A stretch of DNA of 63,978 bases, the filler included, from an uncultured Myxococcia bacterium (GTDB taxonomy: Bacteria > CAZTWC01): NCBI GenBank assembly GCA_964617105.1. It is 15 parts of 15 records of this genome, joined end to end, with 100 filler letters (N's around TTAATTAATTAA, not from the genome) between each part and the next. Parts side by side here need not be neighbours in the genome. Positions count along the whole stretch, not along the records: positions 49,027 to 53,275 come from CAZTWC010000310.1; positions 53,376 to 57,620 come from CAZTWC010000311.1; positions 57,721 to 61,959 come from CAZTWC010000312.1; 12 more parts are not named here. One strand, given 5' to 3'. Position numbers and translations under genes: made by a program. The notes under the pieces are model-generated. The model was not told the origin of the DNA, made no database searches, and saw nothing but the letters and a program-made list of their open reading frames with translations. Positions within the stretch are counted from its first letter, which is position 1, and each line of letters opens with the position of its first letter. Positions 49,742 through 59,721 of the stretch are shown piece by piece.

Positions 49742-51082
49742 ATGGATAATCAATTCGAAATTGGTAAATTATACACCAAACCTTTTTATGAAGGCCAACA
49801 GGAAGGCTCTCTCATCTCTGGTCAAACTGTGATTCCCGCGATATTAGAATATTTTAAACCGCAAAGCGTGGTCGATGTTGGCTGCGGAGTGGGTTCCTGG
49901 CTGGTCACCTTTTTGCAAAACGGCATTCAAGATATCCTGGGAATTGACGGCCTTTACGTTGACCAAAAAATGCTCCTTATTCCCCCCTCCCGGTTTATCC
50001 CCTTTGATCTTCAACAACCCCTGCGGCTGGATAGAAAATTTGATCTGGCTATCTCCATGGAAGTGGCGGAGCATATACCGGAGGAGAAGGCTGAGTCTTT
50101 TGTTGATTCCCTGACCAGGCTTTCGGAGGTGATCCTTTTTTCGGCAGCGGTTCCATTTCAGCCTGGACGCGGCCATGTAAACGCCCGCTGGCCCAAATAT
50201 TGGCAAAACATGTTTCAAGCCAAAGAGTTTGTGCTTATTGACTGCCTGCGAAATAAATTCTGGGACAGCCGCGAACTCGAATATTGGTATGCTCAAAACA
50301 TGTTTTTCTTTGTTCAACAAAACAATCTATCAAATTACCCCCTGCTGGCTAAGGCAGCAGAACAAACCAATTATAGGCAGTTGGATATTGCCCATCCAGA
50401 GTTGTTATACACTTACCAGCGGTTGCAGATGAAAGAGATAGTTGCCAGAGATAATAGATGTCTGGGGTTAGAAAAAGTTATTGCCCAATACCAAGAAAAC
50501 CCCCTGGCCAGGCCGGAAAGAGATCAGATGAGTCAGGCCCGAAAAAATCTGGCACACCTCTTTACCAATGCCCTGGAAGAGCAATTAGAGGGACTATTCA
50601 CCGGTGAAGCCGGGATGGCTTTCAGAAAAATCTTAGATTGCGGGATTAAAAATACCCGGCTAACAGAAGAGGAAAAACGGTTTTCCCTGGAGCTGACAAG
50701 GATGGTATTTTCAGGGACAAAAACAACAGGTAGAACTCAGCATCTAATCGCCTTGATGCTCTATTATCCCGCCTATATGCTGCCCCAGAGATGGTACTTG
50801 GATGTGAATATCCCCTCTTGGTTGGCAAGAGATTTTATCGATTATCTGTTTAAAATTCCCAGTTCTTTTATCGCTGTGGGGGAGAAAGATCAATACTTTC
50901 ATTATTATAGAGAGTTGTTGGAAATTATAAATCTAAATATCCAGAAAAACCCTCAATCAACCCTCTGGCGAGAGATGGCTGAATCTTTAGCCAAAAATCG
51001 AGATACCAATCTGCTCCACAACCTGGATGCTGACCTGGATAATTTAATCGATTTGCAGACCAATATCCTTAATTTAATTTAA
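49742..51082 (+). CDS. Class I SAM methyltransferase fused to a helical C-terminal domain
   Basis: VDVGCGVG, EVAEHI, FSAA.P.Q.G.GHVN..WP.YW, WYAQN. Confidence 0.85.
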   Translation: MDNQFEIGKLYTKPFYEGQQEGSLISGQTVIPAILEYFKPQSVVDVGCGVGSWLVTFLQNGIQDILGIDGLYVDQKMLLIPPSRFIPFDLQQPLRLDRKFDLAISMEVAEHIPEEKAESFVDSLTRLSEVILFSAAVPFQPGRGHVNARWPKYWQNMFQAKEFVLIDCLRNKFWDSRELEYWYAQNMFFFVQQNNLSNYPLLAKAAEQTNYRQLDIAHPELLYTYQRLQMKEIVARDNRCLGLEKVIAQYQENPLARPERDQMSQARKNLAHLFTNALEEQLEGLFTGEAGMAFRKILDCGIKNTRLTEEEKRFSLELTRMVFSGTKTTGRTQHLIALMLYYPAYMLPQRWYLDVNIPSWLARDFIDYLFKIPSSFIAVGEKDQYFHYYRELLEIINLNIQKNPQSTLWREMAESLAKNRDTNLLHNLDADLDNLIDLQTNILNLI

Positions 51083-51120
51083 CACCTAAGCGCGCGGACA
51101 GGGGGAATCTTCCGTCGTTG

Positions 51121-52731
51121 CTATCCTCTCCTACCAGACAACCTGAATATTATTGATTTGAGCGCCTGGTATTCAACTCCTCCTAAAAGCATGGTCAAAA
51201 GGAGTGCCAAAAGCACATAAACTCCGCCGGTCACAAAAAGTTGCAGGAGAGCACCCCAGTGAGTCAAAGGGTCTAAGGGAAGCAGTTTAAACTGAATAAT
51301 AAACATATAGGTAAAAATAAAAGCCACTAAAGAGGCTGCCGCACCTTTAAAAATGGTTTTTATTATAGGAGCGGTCCAAAAACTACTCTGCCGGCCGTAT
51401 CGTAGCCGGTAATCTATCAAAGTTACCATAAACATCAGCCAAAAACTGGCGGCAGTGGCCAGGGCCAACCCCTCTCCACCTAACATCTTTTTCAATCCAT
51501 AATAGATAAATATTGACAACAGGGCCACCAGGCTGTTTACCATCATAACCCGTAAAGTATTACTCCGGGCATAGTACCCGTTTATCAAAATCTGTTGAGC
51601 GGCAAAGGCGGGGATGCCAAGGGAAAGATATTGCAGTAAATTAGCGGTATAGATGGCGTTAGCTCCGCTAAAGGCGCCGCGCTTAAAGATCAGGGTAACA
51701 GCAGGCAAAGATATCAAAGCCAATCCGCCCGCCAAAATAAAGGTAATAAACAACACTCCCCGGATAGTTTTAGTAAGCACCCTGGAAAAATCTTTTAAAT
51801 CTTTCTGCTGTAAAAGTTGGGACAGGTAGGTTAATGAGGCCTGGCCAGCGGTCTGTCCCACCAGAGCGATAGGCACAAGCATCAGAATTCGGGCATACCT
51901 CAGGCAAGTTATGGTTCCTTCGGAAATATCGCTCTGGGCTCCAAAATAGCGGCTGTACCATTCATCCACCGTCAACAGGGTGATGCCCAGCATCAGAGGG
52001 ATGTTCAACTTGATAAAATTGACAAAATGGGGTGAACGGAAATTGAGGTTAAAACTATACTTAATGGTTCCCCGGGATAAAACAAAAGGCAGTAAAAAAG
52101 GTCCCAAAAAAGCGCCGGCCAAAGCACCCAGGCTAAAACCAGCGATGCCCCACCAGGCGGCCAGAAAAAGTCCGGTGCTGATGATGCCCAGGTTGTATAT
52201 CGCCCCCCCCAGAGAGCCTCTGAAATCACCGCGGGCCCTCAAGGTGGCGTTAATCATACCGCCGATGGTAAAAAATATTTGAGCCGGAATAACTATGCGG
52301 GTCAACTTTACGGTAAGGGCGAATTTTTCCGGGTAAGCAGTAAAATCGGGGTACAGAAGCGCAGTTAATTGAGGGGTAAAAATCTCTGCTCCAATGACCA
52401 ACAATATAATTATTATGGACATGGGCGCCAGGATACTGGAAAATACCTTCGAACCCTCCTGGTTGAAGGTGTCCTCTTTTATCCCGGAATGGTGCCTGGT
52501 CAGAATAGGTACCAACACCAAACCAAAGGCGCCGGCTGCCAACATGTAGTTAAGGATATCGGGAATTAAAAAAGAGGCATTGTAAACATCGGTACTTCTG
52601 GCTGCTCCAAATTTCCAGGCTATAGCCATCTCTCTAAACAAGCCAAAAAAACGACTCACCAGGTAGGCAAAAGCCAGGAAACCCGCGCCCGAAATGATTT
52701 TATTTATTTTGTCGTGCATTTTAACTACCAT
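51121..52731 (-). CDS. murJ: Lipid II flippase MurJ
   Basis: SRFFGLFRE...FGA...D.YNASF.IPD; MOP-family multi-TM topology. Confidence 0.9.
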   Translation of the reverse strand: MVVKMHDKINKIISGAGFLAFAYLVSRFFGLFREMAIAWKFGAARSTDVYNASFLIPDILNYMLAAGAFGLVLVPILTRHHSGIKEDTFNQEGSKVFSSILAPMSIIIILLVIGAEIFTPQLTALLYPDFTAYPEKFALTVKLTRIVIPAQIFFTIGGMINATLRARGDFRGSLGGAIYNLGIISTGLFLAAWWGIAGFSLGALAGAFLGPFLLPFVLSRGTIKYSFNLNFRSPHFVNFIKLNIPLMLGITLLTVDEWYSRYFGAQSDISEGTITCLRYARILMLVPIALVGQTAGQASLTYLSQLLQQKDLKDFSRVLTKTIRGVLFITFILAGGLALISLPAVTLIFKRGAFSGANAIYTANLLQYLSLGIPAFAAQQILINGYYARSNTLRVMMVNSLVALLSIFIYYGLKKMLGGEGLALATAASFWLMFMVTLIDYRLRYGRQSSFWTAPIIKTIFKGAAASLVAFIFTYMFIIQFKLLPLDPLTHWGALLQLFVTGGVYVLLALLLTMLLGGVEYQALKSIIFRLSGRRG

Positions 52732-52785
52732 ACCTTATGATATTGCTTTTGGCTAATTTTTTACCTGCCAGGTTCCCGGAAGGGT

Positions 52786-53040
52786 CTGAATTTCTATTCA
52801 GGAAACAGTAAGGTTGTTTCGCCTGATTTAGGGCGTTCTACGGAGCCCCAGGGCGCCTAACAGAAGTGCCACCCTGACACTTTGTCCTTCTCCTTCGGGC
52901 GCGCTGGTTTCTCCGCTGCACCCCAGGGGGCCTAAAGGAGGTGACCCGAGGCTGTCTGATAACTCCTTTTCCGATCATTTAGGGCCCTGAATACTTTACA
53001 CCCCATCTAAATGGCCGCAACTGTGCCCAAATTCGGCCAA
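52786..53040. other. GC-rich, hairpin-dense non-coding region (candidate ncRNA or MITE remnant)
   Basis: Several inverted repeats and a 14/15 direct repeat (52846-52860, 52921-52935); no ORF in the track. Confidence 0.4.
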
Positions 53041-53375
53041 ACAGTGGCAAATTCCCGCATAAACCCCGGAATTGGACGCAACAGGCCGATAAAAATTTTA
53101 ATTATTACTTGACACAACCTGTTTCATAGCAGTTGATTGGCACGATGAGAGGATTTGCTTGAAATTTTTCCAGATCAAGTCTGGATTACTACAGTTATGA
53201 CAACATTGAGGAAGATAATCTATCTCGGCCAGATATGGCAGGATTTTGCCTGATTATTATGACAACTTTGGGGAANNNNNNNNNNNNNNNNNNNNNNNNN
53301 NNNNNNNNNNNNNNNNNNNTTAATTAATTAANNNNNNNNNNNNNNNNNNNNNNNNNNNNNNNNNNNNNNNNNNNN

Positions 53376-54263
53376 ATCGTTTCCAATCCTCAACGCTCTC
53401 GGCATGACATTGATGCAGTGCATGCAGTGCAGGCAGTTTTTGTTGTCAATATCTAACTCTTTGCCGTCCCAGGCAACGCATTTGCCTGGGCAATTATCCA
53501 CGATATCGGCCGTGATATCTTGACCATCTTTGACATAGGAAGCAACAGCGTCTTTGTCAATGCGGATATCATCACGCCAGGTACCAATAACAGAAAGATC
53601 AGACCGGGCAATGGAAGCAACGCAATCGTTGGGGCAACCGGAAAATTTAAATTTGAACTTATAGGGGAATGCTGGCCGGTGCAATTCATCCTGATAGTTC
53701 ATGGTAATTTTGTGACACATATCCATAGTATCATAACAAGCCCATTCGCAACGAGCCTCACCACAGCAACAACTGGGGGTACGAACCACAGAACCTGAAC
53801 CACCCAGGTCAAAACCTTTTTGGGTCAATTTTGCAAAAATAGGCTCCAACTCGGAAGTTTTGGTTCCCAAAAAAATAATATCACCAGTGGATCCGTGCAT
53901 GTTGGTGATGCCACTGCCGTGTTCATCCCAGATATCGCAGAGAGTTCTCAAAGCCTCGGTATTATAAAACCAAGCACTGGGCATATTTACCCGAATAGTG
54001 TGAAAGTGAGCCACATCGGGGAATTTGTCTGGTAATGAGGAATATCTGCCGATAACACCGCCGCCGTATCCCATTACCCCCACGATACCACCGTGTTTCC
54101 AAAACCCCATATTCTCATCATAAGAATATTCTAACTGTCCCAGCAGGTCGTTAGCCATAGCATTTTTTGTCGCCGATTTTTTAATTTCGGTAACAAAACT
54201 GGGCCATGGTCCCTTAGTCAATTCATCTAGTTTGGGAGTCTTCCTTAATTCTGGCATGTTCAT
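53376..54263 (-). CDS. dsrA: Dissimilatory sulfite reductase alpha subunit (3' partial)
   Basis: [65 protein letters not shown]. Confidence 0.97.
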
Positions 54264-54495
54264 TTTCTCCTTTGTTTGTTGTGTGGACCGAATATAAACT
54301 TAAAGCCTATTTAGTTCCTAATCCAAATTAGAAACTGTTTAACATAAAAATTTTTGGAGCCATGATGTTAGATCAGACACTTATTAATGTCAATGATTTT
54401 TTAGGAAAATGGGCAGGATTTTCTGCGTAAATTCAAGCGGTTTTATCAATTAGTCATATAATATATGATATTGGCAGTGTTGCTAAAAGCAAGTA

Positions 54496-55611
54496 TTATT
54501 TACCATTGGATATTTTCCATTTTAGCAGAGCCAAAAAGCGATAAAATATGTGAGCAAATTTGGAAAAGGGCAAATATATAATTAGCACAAAAACAAAGAC
54601 CAGATGAATAAAGTATATTGGATATGCCAATTTGGGCAGATCGGCAAAGCGAAAAAACTCGGTAAAAAAGCCGGTTGCCGCCGTGGAGATCATGGTGATT
54701 ATTAACAACCAGTCGTAGTTGCTGGTTTTACTCTTGGAGGCAATATAGTTCATCCTGGTGAAAATTATAGAGATACATCCAGCCAATAACAGAATCCCGG
54801 ACAAGTTGCCCATTACTTTTAATGGATGCCAGAGAGTTAAAGGATATTGGCCCAATTTAGCCAAGATAGCCACTACCCCGGTGACAAAAAACAGCCCCAA
54901 AAACCCATAGAACATCCCCAAATGTCCCAAATAGCGATTTTTGTTTTCATTGCAATCTTCAAAAGACTGGTGAAAAAATAGATCTTGCAGAAGCGACTTA
55001 CCGTATTTAATCCAGTTGTCCCTGTCCACTTTTTCAGGGGTCTGCAGGCCTCTAAACTCAATAGAACGCCAAAAAATCCTCCCCGATAAAAATGAGGCGG
55101 CAATCATCCCCAAAAACAGCAGCCCGAACAGGGGCTCAATGATATAGTGGGGGAAAAATTTGGCAAACATAACCTCCCCTTCGGGAATATTGAAAGTTCC
55201 GTTTAGGGTTAGCATGATAAACAGGATGATCATAGGTATGCCGAATACCACTGGTAAATACTCATGATCATAGAGCAATTTGCCTAATATAGGGGGATTG
55301 GCATAGTGTTTGATCTGCTGTGCCCTGATAGCATTCAAGGTATCACCGGGACGGGCGCCACGGGGACAATGTTCGCCGCAGTCGTTACAAGCGTAACAGA
55401 GCCAGGCATTACCATCTTTCATCAATGCATCTTTATCCCCCCACTGAGCCTGACGCATCTCCCGGCGGGGAAAGGGATTTTCATCCTGGTTCAGATTGCA
55501 GACCACCGAGCAGGTGCCGCACTGGATGCACTTCTTAAAGGAGTCTACCTCCTGCTCCGACACCTCTTGGATAAATTCACTGTCAGGGGAAACTATTCTC
55601 TTATCACTCAT
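54496..55611 (-). CDS. qmoC: QmoC (two 4Fe-4S clusters plus membrane heme b domain)
   Basis: CIQCGTCSVVC...PFPRREM..AQWG, WLCYACNDC..CPRGA.PG, LPFSKFAH. Confidence 0.93.
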   Translation of the reverse strand: MSDKRIVSPDSEFIQEVSEQEVDSFKKCIQCGTCSVVCNLNQDENPFPRREMRQAQWGDKDALMKDGNAWLCYACNDCGEHCPRGARPGDTLNAIRAQQIKHYANPPILGKLLYDHEYLPVVFGIPMIILFIMLTLNGTFNIPEGEVMFAKFFPHYIIEPLFGLLFLGMIAASFLSGRIFWRSIEFRGLQTPEKVDRDNWIKYGKSLLQDLFFHQSFEDCNENKNRYLGHLGMFYGFLGLFFVTGVVAILAKLGQYPLTLWHPLKVMGNLSGILLLAGCISIIFTRMNYIASKSKTSNYDWLLIITMISTAATGFFTEFFRFADLPKLAYPIYFIHLVFVFVLIIYLPFSKFAHIFYRFLALLKWKISNGK

Positions 55612-55652
55612 GTTTATCACCTAACCCGGACAAGCCGGAATTGAAGTCGATC

Positions 55653-57620
55653 TTACATATCTTTAAAAGGATTGGGACCAATATCCTCTATGGTTTCCAT
55701 ATACTCTTCGAGAATACCAGCCAACTTGTCATACTCGTTGATGGCAACTTCGTGCTGTTCCACCCGTTCCTGTTCCAGCATCATCTGGGTTAACTTCTCA
55801 GACACGTTCTCCATCCGTTGTTCCGCCAACTCACTCCCTTTGATAAAATGGCACTGGTAGTCATCGCCATGTTTACAGCCAATATAGAGAATACCGTCAA
55901 AACCATTGTCCAGGGCGTTAGACACCCAGACAGTGTTAACTGAACCCAGGCATCTGACCGGAATAATCCGCAAATAGGGAGAGTATTTCACCCGGTTTGT
56001 CCCCAGCATATCAAAGGCTGGATAAGCATCATTCTCGCAGACCAAAGCCAACACCCGCGGTTTCTCCTCATCCTCTTCCGGTACTTCAACTGATTTAATC
56101 ACATTGGCGATCATATCTACACTGTAATTTTTGAAAGAAACTATCCGTTCGGGACAGGCGCCCATGCAGACACCACAACGCCGGCACCGCTCTGGATGCG
56201 GCTCAGGCGTTCCCTTTTCATCTTCGTCCAGAGCGCCAAAGGGGCACTCCTCAGTGCAGCGCTTACACTGAGTGCAGCGTTGCAGAAAAAATTCGGGATA
56301 AGAGAAATCAAGAGCCCGGGGATGAACTGCAGCGCCTTTAGAGGTCAGTTCTATACACTGAATCGCCTTTAATGCGGCTCCCAAAGCATCTTCGCGGGCT
56401 AAACCTGCATCCATAGGCTGCCGAACACTACCAGCCGCATATATACCAGTTCGCCTGGTCTCGTAGGGAAAACAGATAAACTCAGAATCGGGAAAACCAT
56501 ATTCCTTGACAGTAGGCAACTCCTTACCCTGGCGATAAGTTAGATTCAACACCTCGTCTTCCAGGGTGGTGGGAACCATGCCAGTGGCCAACACCAGCAA
56601 ATCCACATGCAACTCCACGGTATCACCCAGCAGTTTGTCATCGATCTCAACTTTTACGTCGCCACCTTCTATTGCTTTGACCGAGTTGATCTCTCCCTTG
56701 GTGAGAAAAATCCCCATATCATCCTGCATGGCTTTGTAAAAAAGTTCATACTGGGCTGGGGTACGCATATCTTTATAGATAATGTAAGCCTGAGAGTCCT
56801 CATCAGCCTGGCGCAAATATTTGGCCTGTTTCAGGGAGTTAAGACAACACTCAGCAGAGCAATAGGGCAAATGCTCGCCGTCTCTGGAGCCGGCGCACTG
56901 GATAAAGGCCACGCTCTTGGCCTGGGAGCCGTCAGAGGGTTTGAAAAACTTGCCCTCTTTGGCCATCTTTTCAAAATCAGCCGCAGTAATAACATCTGCG
57001 CTCTGGCCAAAGCCCAGGTGAGTCAATTTGCCGGCATCGTAGGGACGAGCGCCGGTAGCCAACACAATAGAGGCCACCCGAAAAGCATCTTTGTTGTCAT
57101 TTTCCAAAGTTACTTCGAACATGCAGGGACCACCGGAGATATTACCCACTGTAGAGTTGAGATATACCTTGATGTTGGAATGATTGTTTACCTTTTCTAA
57201 CAAATCATCCAGGCCCACTTCCTGCAAGTCGGTATATGGCATGGAGGTGGGGATCTCCATTTTCAGATTTTTAGCCCAGCCACCCAGAAAACCTTCCTTT
57301 TCCACCAGCACTGTTTCATAGCCAGAGTCAGCCGCAGCCAGAGCAGCGATAATACCGGTCATACCACCGCCTACCACCATAACCACCCGAGCCAGGTCTT
57401 CGCCAATAAAAGGCTCTATCGGCAGAATTTTTTGGGTCTTTACCATGCTCATCCGCATAGTATCTTCGGCCAGCATGTCGGTATCTTCATCATTGGGCTC
57501 GTGACACCAGGCAACCTGCTCTCTCATGTTGGCCCGCTCAACCACCATATCGGATCCAAAGTCAAAGACATCCTGCATTACCCGGGGTGAACAGGCTGCC
57601 ACTACCACAGAATCCAGACT
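55653..57620 (-). CDS. qmoB: QmoB (HdrA-like plus MvhD-like domain; 5' partial)
   Basis: QCAGSRD..HLPYCS, FICFPYETRRTGIY, CTQCKRCTEECPFG, CENDAYPA, GCKHGDDYQCHF. Confidence 0.95.
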   Translation of the reverse strand, partial: SLDSVVVAACSPRVMQDVFDFGSDMVVERANMREQVAWCHEPNDEDTDMLAEDTMRMSMVKTQKILPIEPFIGEDLARVVMVVGGGMTGIIAALAAADSGYETVLVEKEGFLGGWAKNLKMEIPTSMPYTDLQEVGLDDLLEKVNNHSNIKVYLNSTVGNISGGPCMFEVTLENDNKDAFRVASIVLATGARPYDAGKLTHLGFGQSADVITAADFEKMAKEGKFFKPSDGSQAKSVAFIQCAGSRDGEHLPYCSAECCLNSLKQAKYLRQADEDSQAYIIYKDMRTPAQYELFYKAMQDDMGIFLTKGEINSVKAIEGGDVKVEIDDKLLGDTVELHVDLLVLATGMVPTTLEDEVLNLTYRQGKELPTVKEYGFPDSEFICFPYETRRTGIYAAGSVRQPMDAGLAREDALGAALKAIQCIELTSKGAAVHPRALDFSYPEFFLQRCTQCKRCTEECPFGALDEDEKGTPEPHPERCRRCGVCMGACPERIVSFKNYSVDMIANVIKSVEVPEEDEEKPRVLALVCENDAYPAFDMLGTNRVKYSPYLRIIPVRCLGSVNTVWVSNALDNGFDGILYIGCKHGDDYQCHFIKGSELAEQRMENVSEKLTQMMLEQERVEQHEVAINEYDKLAGILEEYMETIEDIGPNPFKDM

Positions 57621-57720
57621 NNNNNNNNNNNNNNNNNNNNNNNNNNNNNNNNNNNNNNNNNNNNTTAATTAATTAANNNNNNNNNNNNNNNNNNNNNNNN
57701 NNNNNNNNNNNNNNNNNNNN

Positions 57721-59721
57721 TGTAAAATCTTTGACCTTGTGTAAATACATTGGCTGTTGAACAAACCAGTTATCCCGTTTATCGTTAAATTGCTTAAAAT
57801 ACTTACAGCCCTCCAGGTGTTTACAAAAAACACATAGATGGTCATTGACATTAAGCCTCATCTCCCTTAGACGACTGGCTGCATTGGGAAAATGGCAGTT
57901 GGCCGGGAAAATTCCTGTTTTCTTTTTTACCTCTCCGTGCCGGCCTTCTATTCTGCGCCAGATAAGTTTTAGAGGATCGGGGATATTTTTATACATATCG
58001 TGTCTGGTTGCCACCCACAGAGTGCGCAGATTTAAGTTGGCCAGAGTGTTGAAAGTGGTTGTAGTCTTGCCGGAGCCAGCCGGGGCTTTGACTAATAAAG
58101 GCGGGATGCGTTTTTCTTTGGCATACCGACCAGTGCGGACATCGGCCAGGTATTGCTTTATCTGGGCTGTCAAATCTTTTCGCAAGTCATCGACTTTATC
58201 GAATAAAGGGCCTTTGGCCACAGATAGGATGGCCGATTTATCGGCATTGTTACCTTTTGTATTGTCTGGTAGTTCAACTTTATACAATCGCCTGGAACTG
58301 GCTGTTTCCTGGTATGATCTAAACAACTCACAAGTATCGTTGCACATCAGATTAAAACTTCGACAAATCCGGCAATTAAAGTGATATTTTTCATGGCGAA
58401 AAACAGTTTTTACTGCAGTTTTGGTCGAATTTTCAATCTCTGATCGTGAAGAATGTGAAAACTGTGCCAATATTGTCAATGCATGATAGGTTAAAGATTG
58501 GATAGATTCTTCCACATTTCTGCCAATTGCTTTAAAATATGATGCCAGTAGAACTGTTATCTGGTTACGGTTTGCTTTATCAGTGTCAACTACACCGATT
58601 TTGAGTGCCTGAGTGATGCAGGGAGGATGGTGTAACTTGTCGATAGCCATGACCGGTCTAACAATGGTCTGGCCGTTTTTACCCGTTTTTGTTTTGCTCT
58701 TTGACTGCCTGGCTGCCTGGAGTTCATCGATATTTTTCGTAACATTAAACTTTGGCCTACTTCGAACGTCCCTGGCCGCTAAAGCATAGAGATTTGACAA
58801 GTATTCACTATGCCCGGTGGGCACTGGCGGACGCTGTGATGGTTGCCTGGCTTTTTGAATAATATGGTCTTCACCACGGGCCAGATCATCGTCTGTTAAA
58901 ATAACTTTAAAAAGTCCAGTTTTTTGATGCCGTGTGTTTGGCAGACGAAACTGCCGACGGTTTGAATAGATGGCTGGATCAATAAATAACTGGCCGGTTT
59001 CCTCCTGAATTAACTCTGTTATCTTGCGGTTGATAAAGTGGTTGTCATCCGATATTGTCTGGGTATAGGATTTGTATGGGACTACCAGGTGAAATCCCTT
59101 CGAACCAGAAAAGAAAACCTGGTTGGGGATATTATACCGCTTGCAAAAATCGATGAGTTTGACTACATACGGAATAGCATCGTTGATATTTTTTACCTCT
59201 TTATCACCGCCAACATCAAAGTCAAATGCCAGGTCGACCCAGCACTGTTTGGGAATTTTGTTTTTTTCATTTTCTATCAGATTTACAATTTCTGGCGCGA
59301 TGGACGCTATTGACGGTATGTGGCTATTTAAAATAGCCAGACGATAGCGCTCTTCGATATGGGCTATTTTTAGTTTTGAAAAAGCATATTTTAATGGGTA
59401 ATGGTTCAAAGTTGTGTACACATTGAAAAACTCAAAAATTTTGGCAAAATCATCCAGAATTTCTGTTTTATCTTCAACCAGCAGCCATTTAATTCGATAG
59501 TGGTCTTGCTTTGACCGTCTCATGTAGATTTGCGGGATAGAATATCCCATCTCTTTTTTGGCCTGATATCCTAAGTCTCGATTGTGAATAAACCGGCCAA
59601 AATGCTTTTTAGTATGGGTGTGCCAGACCTCCCGAACTAAAGACTTTTCTGGCAGTTTTCTAAAATGACCGATCATCTCATTAAATATCGTGGGCTTATT
59701 TAAAAAATCACTTAGTTTCAT
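57721..59721 (-). CDS. AEP primase-polymerase fused to a PriL-like Cys domain and a helicase domain (3' partial)
   Basis: FDFD, FSGSKGFH, ID.AIY..RRQFRLPNT.H.KTG; HPPCI...C..C....C...C; Walker A APAGSGKTT. Confidence 0.85.

Noticed and set aside
52865-52920. Minus-strand GGAGA...CCGAAGGAG...TCAGG resembling a glycine riboswitch
   Set aside because: The required stems and the CTCTCAGG context are missing, and the downstream gene murJ is not glycine-related.
53046-53090. GGCAAA...GGACGCAA resembling a c-di-GMP-I riboswitch (weaker similar text at 2905-2934)
   Set aside because: No GNRA-capped P2 and no recognisable P3/receptor stem; too degenerate to call.
54454-54468. Palindrome TCATATA-a-TATATGA between qmoC and dsrA
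   Set aside because: Low-complexity AT sequence that matches no operator I can name.
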